Sequence record: LR756502.1
Length of the DNA stretch: 64,000 nt
Strand: one strand, 5' to 3'
Shown here: one piece after another, positions 55,930 through 64,000 of the stretch
How the letters are laid out: the number at the start of each line of letters is the position of its first letter
Position numbering within the stretch: position 1 is the stretch's first letter
Translations under genes and position numbers: made by a program
The notes under the pieces: generated by a model
Told to the model about the DNA's origin: nothing
Seen by the model: only the letters and a program-made list of their open reading frames with translations
Database searches by the model: none

Positions 55930-56687
55930 ACCCCTGATAGAAACATCTCTGATTCTTTAGCCCTTCTTGTTGCTAATCCAGGAAATTCTTTACTTACTTT
56001 AAAGTTCTTTATTGACTTTCCTGCATTTATGTAGTCCTTCTTTTTAAGATGTTGAAGGGCCTCCGCCTTTCTAAGTCCACCAACCCCAGTATTGTAAGCT
56101 ATTGATATTAAAGCATCATACATTGGTTGTGTTATTTTAACACCTAACTTCTTCCTGTCCCACTCTTTGAATATCCTCTTAACTCCATTCTCAATTACCT
56201 TTAGGTCTTTATTGAATATTTCATCAGCTTCTTCCTTAGATATAATTTCTCCTATTTTATACTTTGATGTTGATGGATCTTCAGCGTGACCCCATCCAAT
56301 ACTTATTTTACCATCACCAATGTTGTAAGCGGTTAATCTTAGTTTCTCATGTTCTTTAATACTGTCCTTACCTTCCTTAGATATACTAAATAGTTGTCCA
56401 GATTTGAACTTATCTTTCTTTACGTCTTTAAGAACATCAAGAGCAATCTCCTTTGTGTCGGAACTAGAGCTTGATATTATATCATACACATTATCAGCTG
56501 CTGATAATGTGAGCATTGATCCAATTAGATGTAATAGTATTTTCCTTTTGCTTTGGTTCGATAAGTTTTTAATTTTACTTAATGTCTTATCCCACATTGA
56601 CTTTATGTCCTCATTTATAGATGATTCTATGTATTCTATTATCTGTTCGCATATTTGATCCTCATTGAATGTTTTAATATATCTCAT
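55926..56687 (-). CDS. GH24 phage lysozyme with N-terminal extension (leader MRYIKTFNED)
   Basis: EHEKLRLTAY..GDG.ISIGWGH, TQPMYDALISIAYNTG, GLATRRAKE..MF. Confidence 0.85.
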   Translation of the reverse strand: MRYIKTFNEDQICEQIIEYIESSINEDIKSMWDKTLSKIKNLSNQSKRKILLHLIGSMLTLSAADNVYDIISSSSSDTKEIALDVLKDVKKDKFKSGQLFSISKEGKDSIKEHEKLRLTAYNIGDGKISIGWGHAEDPSTSKYKIGEIISKEEADEIFNKDLKVIENGVKRIFKEWDRKKLGVKITQPMYDALISIAYNTGVGGLRKAEALQHLKKKDYINAGKSIKNFKVSKEFPGLATRRAKESEMFLSGV

Positions 56688-56724
56688 AATCTATATATTT
56701 TTTTGTATATTTGTAAATTGAATT

Positions 56725-56733
56725 TAATATATA
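56725..56733 (+). promoter_or_regulatory. Putative late promoter TAATATATA
   Basis: Heads four leader-tagged genes 56738-59742; divergent copy at 56692-56699 heads the lysozyme. Confidence 0.55.
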
Positions 56734-56737
56734 ATTC

Positions 56738-57253
56738 GTGAAGAAATTTAGCAAAATAACGGAGAGTAAACAATTCCTTGGATGGTCAAAGGATAGAATA
56801 TATAAGGATTTGGATCTATTACTACATCCTGTTGAAATGACTATTAAATTGTTATATGTATATAATACTGGTGAGCAGAGTGAATGTGTGCAAAGTTTAG
56901 ATGAAGTTAGTGAGTATGATATAGAATCAAATATATTCTCACCAATGTTTTATGTTGATATAACATTAGGTGATTTTCCGAAAATGACCGCTTATAGTGA
57001 AGTTGGTGGTATTCAATCTGATAATTGGATGAATGAATCTATAAAATTTGATTTGGTTGCGGATCAGTTTATTAAACTATCTAATGTTTTAGATACATAT
57101 AAAGATGATTTCTATGTTTCAATGGAAAGTGGAAGTAAAAAGTGGAGTAACAAATTTCTACCATATGATGATGGAAATAAAAGAAGCTCAATTATCAATA
57201 TTGCTTTCTCACTTACTATGAAGGACTACCTTGAATATGATCAAATTAAATAA
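56738..57253 (+). CDS. Hypothetical protein, leader MKKFSKITES
   Basis: 171-aa ORF, GTG start. Confidence 0.6.
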   Translation: MKKFSKITESKQFLGWSKDRIYKDLDLLLHPVEMTIKLLYVYNTGEQSECVQSLDEVSEYDIESNIFSPMFYVDITLGDFPKMTAYSEVGGIQSDNWMNESIKFDLVADQFIKLSNVLDTYKDDFYVSMESGSKKWSNKFLPYDDGNKRSSIINIAFSLTMKDYLEYDQIK

Positions 57254-57255
57254 AC

Positions 57256-57693
57256 ATGAAATTGCATAGATATAACTCCTTTATAAATGAATCAGTTGAA
57301 GACAGACATCTTGATATAGATGATGTTAAAAACTTTTTTGCTGACTTTATGGATGAGTTTCCTTTGGGCTTTGAAGTTAAACAAGATGAATTTAGTATGC
57401 AAAGTTTTCGTCTTGATGGTATTCCAGGATACTTTAAAATAGAATCTCAATTGGCTGATTATATTTTAGTTAATGATATACTAAACTCTCATATATCCAA
57501 AGATATGTTAAGAGTAATAAAGAGTAGATTAATGGACTATGCCCCTATTTTAGATGGACATGAGTTTGAGTGGATATTAAGTTGTGGTGCAAGGAGTGAA
57601 TATGTTAGTAGAATTCGTGGTGAGCGAGTTGATGTTCCGGAGATAAAAGCTAGGATAGTAATATCCTGTAAGTTACAATATAAGAAAATATGA
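57256..57693 (+). CDS. Hypothetical protein, leader MKLHRYNSFINES
   Basis: 145-aa ORF. Confidence 0.65.
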   Translation: MKLHRYNSFINESVEDRHLDIDDVKNFFADFMDEFPLGFEVKQDEFSMQSFRLDGIPGYFKIESQLADYILVNDILNSHISKDMLRVIKSRLMDYAPILDGHEFEWILSCGARSEYVSRIRGERVDVPEIKARIVISCKLQYKKI

Positions 57694-57724
57694 AAAAATT
57701 ACATAGATATAACTCCTTTATAAA
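57265..57724 (+). repeat. Direct repeat of 23 nt CATAGATATAACTCCTTTATAAA at 57265-57287 and 57702-57724
   Basis: Identical DNA encoding the leaders of two adjacent unrelated proteins. Confidence 0.85.
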
Positions 57725-58961
57725 GGAGAGTTTAACCACACAAGAGGGAAGACATAGAATACCAACATATGAAGAGTGTGTTGAGATATGTTCTGGAGAA
57801 GAGCCATCATTTTATGAATCAAAGATGGTTGTTGATGGGTACAATTTGTCTGTTTTTAACTATCGTCTTGCAACGTATAACGATTTTGCTAACCCTATTC
57901 CAAGTAAACCAGATGTTAAGGCATATGAGATGCGTGGTCTTACATTTGTTTTTAATCAAGATGGTTCATTATTCAATAGATATATTTTATTGGAGAAATT
58001 CTTTAATATTAATCAGGTTCCTGAGTCTATGTACTCTATTGTTAAAGATTATAAAATTAAATTCGTTAATAATAAGGAAGATGGTTCTATTGCATCATTT
58101 ATAAAACTACCAAATGGTAAGATAGTTGGTAAATCAAAAATGGGATTTGATAATGATCAAGCTAATGGTATAAATAGAATTTATAAAACTAATCCAGATA
58201 TTAAGAAGTTTGTTGATTGGGCATTGGATAATGATTATGTTGCTGTTTTTGAATATGTTGCTCCACATAATCGCATCGTATTAAGATATTCAAACGAAGA
58301 GCTGATTTTACTTAGACTTAGAAATAATAAGACAGGTAGACACATTGATATAAGAGATCATTTAGATAAGATTGGTTCGATTAGAGTTGCTCCATTTGAA
58401 GATGACTTCAAAGATTTAGATGATCTACTTGAAGTTGTTGCTAAACAAGTTGATAAAGAGGGATGTATTGTTACTGCTACTGATGAAAATGGCAAAGACT
58501 TCTTCTTTAAGTTAAAAACACCTTGGTATATGGCTCTCCATGGGTTACTCACAAATGATATTTATACCGAACATACTATAATATCATATATTTTGGATGA
58601 TAAAATAGATGATATCCTTGGTCAGATACCGGAAGAAGAGGTCGAAGCTCATCAAAGAATAAATAAAATTATTGGAGTTGTTAGGAAGTCAATTTCCGAT
58701 AAAGTACAAGAGTTAGATAAGTCATATCAAATATTTATAAATATGGGTAGTGATAGAAAAGAATATGCTCTTAAATATAGAGGAAGTGAACCGAATTTTG
58801 GATATGTTATGGCAATGGCTAAAGGAATAGATCCTTATGAATTAGCTAAGGATTGGGTTAGAGATAACACTAAAAGATTGATGATAGCGAGAGATTTCTT
58901 AAAGAAGAGGGAACCATCACTATTCTTTCAAGACCCTGAAGAAAATGAAGATGATAACTAA
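57690..58961 (+). CDS. T4 Rnl1-type RNA ligase with leader MKKLHRYNSFIKES
   Basis: FNYRL, EMRGLTF, KFFN, KEDGS motif I, FEYV..HNRIV..Y, EGCIV, KLKTPWY..LH. Confidence 0.9.
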   Translation: MKKLHRYNSFIKESLTTQEGRHRIPTYEECVEICSGEEPSFYESKMVVDGYNLSVFNYRLATYNDFANPIPSKPDVKAYEMRGLTFVFNQDGSLFNRYILLEKFFNINQVPESMYSIVKDYKIKFVNNKEDGSIASFIKLPNGKIVGKSKMGFDNDQANGINRIYKTNPDIKKFVDWALDNDYVAVFEYVAPHNRIVLRYSNEELILLRLRNNKTGRHIDIRDHLDKIGSIRVAPFEDDFKDLDDLLEVVAKQVDKEGCIVTATDENGKDFFFKLKTPWYMALHGLLTNDIYTEHTIISYILDDKIDDILGQIPEEEVEAHQRINKIIGVVRKSISDKVQELDKSYQIFINMGSDRKEYALKYRGSEPNFGYVMAMAKGIDPYELAKDWVRDNTKRLMIARDFLKKREPSLFFQDPEENEDDN

Positions 58962-59742
58962 ATATAAATTATTTGAAAAGCTTAATAGTCGTGGGTCTAA
59001 ATCCTTGACTGAAGAAGAATTCAATCAAATATTAAAGACCAGTTGTAAAAATTGGGCTAAGTCAAAGACTTCTTTATATAGAGGTCAAGTTGATATGGGT
59101 CCTTATGTTTATGTTGATCCAATTGAAACAAAAAGAAAGTCAATTGACGATACCAACTTACATGTTGAATTAATTAGTAATCTACCTTGTTGGAAAAATT
59201 ATCCTAAATACTCATCATCTGTTATTGGTGTTTCTGATAATAAGTATATCGCTGATGGATATGGTGTATCATATGAAATTATACCATTTGATAATATTGA
59301 TATTGTTTTTTGTCCAGCTGCATCAATATGGCAATCATTTGATGATGGTGATGGTGGTTGGGGTGATACGGATACTATACATTTAACCCGTAGTTTCTTT
59401 GAATTACTTGATATAAATACTGATGTTTGGAAATCAACAGATGGACTAACAATTGAAGATAAATTAAAGGCAATTACTAACATTCCAGATCAAAAATTCA
59501 TTAAAATCTTCCACATAAATGAGGGAGATCATTTATTTTTGACACGAGCTTCTGAATATCTTAAAAAGAATAAAAATGAAATAACAGGAGAGGATTGTTA
59601 TGACTTTATCAATAACTATCTTTTTAATCCAGTTTATAGAGGATTTAAGACAGTTAAATATACTGCTGGATTTGATGAGCCAAGTAACAAGCAAATATGG
59701 ACTAATGGTCCAGTTTTGCTAATTTATAGAGAATTGGCTTAA
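58945..59742 (+). CDS. Hypothetical virion-type protein, leader MITKYKLFEK
   Basis: LYRG...RKS...YPK.SSS.I...YG..Y.I.P pattern. Confidence 0.6.
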   Translation: MKMITKYKLFEKLNSRGSKSLTEEEFNQILKTSCKNWAKSKTSLYRGQVDMGPYVYVDPIETKRKSIDDTNLHVELISNLPCWKNYPKYSSSVIGVSDNKYIADGYGVSYEIIPFDNIDIVFCPAASIWQSFDDGDGGWGDTDTIHLTRSFFELLDINTDVWKSTDGLTIEDKLKAITNIPDQKFIKIFHINEGDHLFLTRASEYLKKNKNEITGEDCYDFINNYLFNPVYRGFKTVKYTAGFDEPSNKQIWTNGPVLLIYRELA

Positions 59743-59760
59743 AAAATTAATATATAGAAT

Positions 59761-60018
59761 ATGAGAATAATAAAAAAGTATCAACAGTTTAACGAAGAAC
59801 TTAGAGTTCTTAGTGGATTCAAATGTCCAATTTGTAGAGGTGCTTTATATAGAACAGATGCTGGTGGTAACTCAGTAACCCTGCAATGTTCTTCTGATGA
59901 AGCTAAATTTTGGAACTTTCCTAGAGGAACTGAAGAGCAAAAGAAAGCACATGATCACTTTATGAAATCCACCACTAATATCTCTAATGAGGAGTGGCAA
60001 AAGGTTTTAAAGGGATGA
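59761..60018 (+). CDS. Zinc-ribbon protein, leader MRIIKKYQQFNEE
   Basis: CPICRG...QCS; TAATATATA at 59748-59756. Confidence 0.6.
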   Translation: MRIIKKYQQFNEELRVLSGFKCPICRGALYRTDAGGNSVTLQCSSDEAKFWNFPRGTEEQKKAHDHFMKSTTNISNEEWQKVLKG

Positions 60019-60164
60019 AAATAAAGAAATTTGATAAGTTCAAAAAAAGAAAAACAAGGATAAGTAAGGTATCCGATAATACTTATACTTGGAATCCTCT
60101 TTATAATCCAGGTAGTCCATCTCCAGGTACATCTACCCCAATGGTTAAAATTAAAATTGACTAA
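60015..60164 (+). CDS. 49-aa protein, leader MKIKKFDKF (not in ORF track)
   Basis: ATGA overlap with upstream stop; translated by hand. Confidence 0.5.
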   Translation: MKIKKFDKFKKRKTRISKVSDNTYTWNPLYNPGSPSPGTSTPMVKIKID

Positions 60165-60170
60165 CCTTTA

Positions 60171-60198
60171 AAACTTTTTAAAGTTATTTGAATATATT
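60171..60198 (+). promoter_or_regulatory. Putative middle-type promoter AAACTT-N16-TATATT upstream of dnaK
   Basis: Recurrent bipartite motif. Confidence 0.45.
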
Positions 60199-60281
60199 AA
60201 ACACGCTGTTGATATATTGTCTATGACATTTATATTTTTGGCACAACATTTGATAACTACTAATTAAAAACACAAAATTTT

Positions 60282-62165
60282 ATGAAAGACATAATAATCG
60301 GAATTGACCTCGGAACAACTAATTCATGCGTTGCCGTTGTCGAAGGTGGTGAACCTATTGTAATCACAAACGCTGAGGGTAAAAGAACTACTCCATCAGT
60401 CGTTGGATTTACTGATAATGACCGAAAAGTTGGGGATCCAGCTAAACGTCAAGCAGTTACTAATCCAAAAAACACAGTGTACTCTATTAAACGATTTATC
60501 GGTAAAGACTTCTCAGTTTGTACTGATGAGGTTACAAGAGTACCATATGAAGTAGTTAAAGCCAATGGTAACGTACCAGCAGTTAGAATTGGTGATAGGA
60601 ACTATACCCCACAAGAGATATCAGCGATGATTCTTCAGAAAATGAAGAAAACGGCAGAAGATTTCTTAGGTCAAGAAGTAAAGAGAGCAGTTATAACTGT
60701 TCCTGCATACTTCGGTGATGCTGAAAGAACCGCAACAATAGAAGCAGGTGAGATTGCTGGACTTAAGGTCGAGCGTATAATCAACGAACCTACTGCAGCG
60801 GCTTTAGCATATGGTCTTGATAAGAAGAATCAGGATCAAAAGATTATCGTATATGACCTAGGTGGTGGTACATTCGATATATCAGTTCTTGAAATTGGTG
60901 ATGGTGTATTTGAAGTTAAATCTACTGATGGTGATACTCACTTGGGTGGTGATGACTTTGATAACACAATTATCACTTGGATGGTTGATGAGTTCAAGTC
61001 TGAACACTCTATGGATCTTTCAAAGGATCCAATGGCTCTTCAACGTCTTAAAGACGCAGCTGAAAAGGCTAAGATTGAACTTTCGTCAACCACACAGACA
61101 GAGATTAATCTACCCTACATCACTGCCAAAGATGGAGTTCCTTTGCACTTTGTTAAAACATTGTCAAAGGCTAAGTTTGACCAAATGACATCATTTTTAG
61201 TTGATAGGACTATTGCTTGTTGTAAGTCAGCTCTTAAAAGTGCTGGTGTAAAAGGTTCAGACATCGATGAAGTTATTCTTGTTGGTGGTTCTACAAGAAT
61301 TCCTTCAGTTCAAGAAGCGGTTGAGAAGTTTTTTGGTAAAAAGCCTAATAAATCTGTTAACCCTGATGAGGTCGTTGCACTTGGTGCAGCTATTCAAGGA
61401 GCAGTTTTAACTGGAACTATTACCGATGTATTACTTCTTGATGTTACTCCACTTTCCCTTGGTATCGAGACAATGGGTAGTGTGATGACTAGATTAATTG
61501 AGGCAAATACAACAATTCCGACCCGTAAGTCAGAAACGTTTTCAACAGCCTCAGATAATCAACCATCTGTTGAAATACACGTATTACAAGGTGAGCGACC
61601 AATGGCGAAGGACAACCGTTCACTTGGTAGATTCCATCTAGATGGAATTATGCCAGCACCACGTGGTATTCCACAAGTAGAGATATCACTAGATATTGAT
61701 GCTAATGGTATCTTATCCGTATCAGCGAAAGATAAAGCAACAGGTAAAGAAAACAAAATTAGAATTGAGGGTGGTTCCCAACTATCTAAGGAAGAAATTA
61801 ACAGAATGAAAGAAGAGGCTGAAGCAAATGCTGAATCTGATAAACTCGAAAGAGAGAAAGCAGATAAAGTTAATCAAGCTGATTCACTTATATTTCAAAC
61901 TGAAAAACAATTGAAAGAGTTTTCTGACAAATTGACAGATGATGATAAAAATAACCTACAAAGTGCATTGGAAGAATTGAAGAAAGCTCACTCTTCCAAG
62001 GAAATTGATCAAATTGATGAGACTTCAAAGAAGTTAAATGATACTTGGTCAGAGATAAGCACAAGGATGTATCAAGAAAGTGCATCGAATGATTCAAATA
62101 ATGCAACCAACGATAGTGGTAACGGTGGTGGTGTGGAAGACACTCCCTACGAGGAAGTGAAGTAA
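60282..62165 (+). CDS. dnaK: Chaperone DnaK (Hsp70)
   Basis: [48 protein letters not shown]. Confidence 0.97.
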   Translation: MKDIIIGIDLGTTNSCVAVVEGGEPIVITNAEGKRTTPSVVGFTDNDRKVGDPAKRQAVTNPKNTVYSIKRFIGKDFSVCTDEVTRVPYEVVKANGNVPAVRIGDRNYTPQEISAMILQKMKKTAEDFLGQEVKRAVITVPAYFGDAERTATIEAGEIAGLKVERIINEPTAAALAYGLDKKNQDQKIIVYDLGGGTFDISVLEIGDGVFEVKSTDGDTHLGGDDFDNTIITWMVDEFKSEHSMDLSKDPMALQRLKDAAEKAKIELSSTTQTEINLPYITAKDGVPLHFVKTLSKAKFDQMTSFLVDRTIACCKSALKSAGVKGSDIDEVILVGGSTRIPSVQEAVEKFFGKKPNKSVNPDEVVALGAAIQGAVLTGTITDVLLLDVTPLSLGIETMGSVMTRLIEANTTIPTRKSETFSTASDNQPSVEIHVLQGERPMAKDNRSLGRFHLDGIMPAPRGIPQVEISLDIDANGILSVSAKDKATGKENKIRIEGGSQLSKEEINRMKEEAEANAESDKLEREKADKVNQADSLIFQTEKQLKEFSDKLTDDDKNNLQSALEELKKAHSSKEIDQIDETSKKLNDTWSEISTRMYQESASNDSNNATNDSGNGGGVEDTPYEEVK

Positions 62166-62184
62166 AATTGAATTAAAGAGCATT

Positions 62185-62214
62185 AAAAAACCCAGTCATA
62201 TGACTGGGTTTTTT
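62185..62214. terminator. Bidirectional terminator between convergent genes
   Basis: AAAAAACCCAGTCATATGACTGGGTTTTTT perfect palindrome. Confidence 0.85.
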
Positions 62215-62223
62215 ATTTTAATT

Positions 62224-63447
62224 TTAGTCGTATCCTCCATCGGTATCTCGAAGTTCTCTATCGTGATCATTATCATAGTCATTTGTTAGTGTATCACTAT
62301 CTGTGTCTAAAAGGAAGAATGTATCAAGATATGGATAATATTCAAAATCTGACTTTTTTAACTCAATAGTCTCTGAGGCTGACCTAGAATCTGTGCCATT
62401 TTCCATTGTAAAATCATTATCAGAATCTTGGCTTCTTTTCCACCAAAATCCCTCTTTCTTACCAAACTCTTTGAATAAATCAACATCTGAATCTCTTAGA
62501 GTATATATTCTGTCCATTATTTTATATCCTCTTGTTGTTGTCCATAGAATACATCTTCCAATTATTTTATCTGATGTGTATTTTCCATTCTCGTCAATTT
62601 TTCCTGACTCATCATAAAGAATAACCATTTTACAGGTGTCCTTATTTTTGGTGTATATCTTGAACCATTTTTTAGGACCACCAGCCATACATGAGTTACC
62701 TAGAACACCACCTTCTCCAGCGTAATTTTTATTGTTATACCAGTGTGCTATATCATCACCCTCGACTATATCAAATCTTATTAATGCATTTGCCATTAAG
62801 TCATAAGTTGCTTTATATAAGTTAACAAACTCCTCAATATCTCTATCTATGAATGGTTCTTTGGCTGATGTTAGAATTGCTCTAACCAATCTACCTATTT
62901 TAATATTGTTTCTAGATGTTGACCATATTTGATTGGATACTGAATCGGCTCTCTCTAATGCCTCTTTATTTAGTACAGTTTCCTTATCACTCCATTCTTC
63001 AATTCCCTTAAACCAAACATATATCTTACCGCTTCTTGGACTAACTACCTCTTTAACTATTATACCCATTGTGTCTTCACTTGGTGACCATACATCTGTT
63101 TTTTTCTCATATCCAAGTAGTCTGTATATTGGATCATTTCCAGGTGAGTTTGTTAGGTATTTTTCCTCTTCAATAACTTTATATGTCTCTTGACTGTCTT
63201 TTTCTAACTCTTGTACTTTTCTATCAGGTGTAAAAGAAACAGTGTCCTTTTCACTACCAACATCAACGTAGTTGTGTTGTAGTGTAATATCCTTACTATA
63301 TAAATCTATAAGCTTCTTAGCAATTTGATTAGTTTTCATTTTAGATAAAAAGTTAATAAGCTTTTTTGAGTAAACTAATTTGGATTCCAGTAATAGATCA
63401 TATATAACCTTCTCAGAAATATAATCATCGTATTTTTTAATATTCAT
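62224..63447 (-). CDS. Conserved-type phage hypothetical protein, leader MNIKKYDDYISEK
   Basis: LGNSCM, IIGRCILW, MDRIY motifs; TAATATATA at 63470-63478. Confidence 0.65.
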   Translation of the reverse strand: MNIKKYDDYISEKVIYDLLLESKLVYSKKLINFLSKMKTNQIAKKLIDLYSKDITLQHNYVDVGSEKDTVSFTPDRKVQELEKDSQETYKVIEEEKYLTNSPGNDPIYRLLGYEKKTDVWSPSEDTMGIIVKEVVSPRSGKIYVWFKGIEEWSDKETVLNKEALERADSVSNQIWSTSRNNIKIGRLVRAILTSAKEPFIDRDIEEFVNLYKATYDLMANALIRFDIVEGDDIAHWYNNKNYAGEGGVLGNSCMAGGPKKWFKIYTKNKDTCKMVILYDESGKIDENGKYTSDKIIGRCILWTTTRGYKIMDRIYTLRDSDVDLFKEFGKKEGFWWKRSQDSDNDFTMENGTDSRSASETIELKKSDFEYYPYLDTFFLLDTDSDTLTNDYDNDHDRELRDTDGGYD

Positions 63448-63535
63448 AAAAGATTATTTTTTATTAGAGTATATATTATTTATCTAATTTCAAAAGATAA
63501 AATAAAAGACAATTTTATTTTATTATATATATTTT

Positions 63536-63772
63536 ATGAAGAAAAAAGTAGCACAGATAATAAAAATATTAGGAATTGGTATAAATGAGTTGATAATTGA
63601 TATCGAACTCGATACTATAACAGTAAATTCTATTGAGTGGTCACCATCCGATAAAAAGATATATTTACATATTTTCAATGATGATATGGATATAGAGTTG
63701 GACTTTGATGATCTTTCTGATATTAATCAAGAAATTATATACAAAAATCTATCACAAATAACTTACAACTAG
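63536..63772 (+). CDS. Hypothetical acidic protein
   Basis: 78-aa ORF behind TTATATATA 63523-63531. Confidence 0.55.
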   Translation: MKKKVAQIIKILGIGINELIIDIELDTITVNSIEWSPSDKKIYLHIFNDDMDIELDFDDLSDINQEIIYKNLSQITYN

Positions 63773-63990
63773 TTTATTTCTTTAATTGATATACAAGGAT
63801 GCACTTCCCAGCAAGTTGCTCTCCATATATTAGTTCCTTTTGGTGATGTGTTTATAGCGTTTTGTTTGTGTTCCTCATCAAAGAATAACCATCCAGTTAT
63901 ATTAACTTTTTTACCAACAAGTAGTTTAATAAGTCTATATTCCATAGATTTATTATTTGCTATTGTGTATCTGTTTATTTCAACTATCAT
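63769..63990 (-). CDS. OB-fold-like hypothetical protein, probably 5'-truncated by window edge
   Basis: VNITGWLFFDEEH...RATCWEVHP; frame stays open to 63999. Confidence 0.55.
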   Translation of the reverse strand: MIVEINRYTIANNKSMEYRLIKLLVGKKVNITGWLFFDEEHKQNAINTSPKGTNIWRATCWEVHPCISIKEIN

Positions 63991-64000
63991 TCTCTTAGTA

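Noticed and set aside
60238-60268. CIRCE operator upstream of dnaK
   Set aside because: Half-sites match TTAGCACTC-N9-GAGTGCTAA poorly and with wrong spacing.
1361-63193. Many antisense or out-of-frame ORFs nested in genes (e.g. 1361-1717, 6966-7172, 35246-35518, 54962-55333, 60862-61188)
   Set aside because: Lie wholly within well-supported genes; shadow ORFs from codon bias.
1-64000. Bacterial chromosome with an LPS locus and heat-shock genes
   Set aside because: gp32-, gp13-, gp3-like genes, Rnl1, HNHs, many short hypotheticals and dispersed dnaK/dnaJ/grpE; no ribosomal, export or core metabolic operons.
1-64000. Giant eukaryotic virus (NCLDV)
   Set aside because: Operonic overlaps (ATGA/TAATG), rho-independent terminators, bacterial promoters and T4-like structural genes argue for a phage.
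1-64000. Stop-codon reassignment (TAG or TGA)
   Set aside because: Conserved proteins are full length in code 11, and TAG/TGA-ended genes abut the next start.
1-64000. CRISPR array, IS element or integrase
   Set aside because: No regularly spaced repeats and no transposase/integrase motifs seen.

Overview
AT-rich, gene-dense segment of a very large T4-like (jumbo/huge) bacteriophage genome, not a bacterial chromosome. Phage hallmarks are a gp32-type SSB, gp13-like neck protein, gp3-like tail terminator, T4 Rnl1 RNA ligase, GH24 lysozyme, nrdB and free-standing HNH endonucleases. The host is probably Bacteroidota (TTG-N19/20-TAnnTTTG promoters, few obvious Shine-Dalgarno sites). Layout: (1) 1-1205, an RNA-only unit: two tRNA-Glu-like genes, both with an 8-nt anticodon loop and one with a structured 43-nt D-loop insertion, flanking a ~930-nt hairpin-rich RNA (GOLLD-like). 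(2) 2.6-32.2 kb, a ~30-kb glycan island (GDP-fucose/3,6-dideoxysugar enzymes, four GT11, GT6, GT17, GT2s, methyl/acyltransferases, ACP) interrupted by clpC, nadE and a PTH2-like gene. (3) 32-64 kb, mixed structural, replication, chaperone (dnaK/dnaJ/grpE) and accessory genes. About 16 otherwise diverse proteins share an N-terminal leader resembling the T4 capsid-targeting sequence and mostly lie behind a TAATATATA late-type promoter. About 11 small proteins share a C-terminal R-x-x-x-[IL]-x-x-[IL] helix and mostly lie behind host-type promoters. All assignments come from motif recognition by eye plus the ORF track; no searches or folding programs were run.
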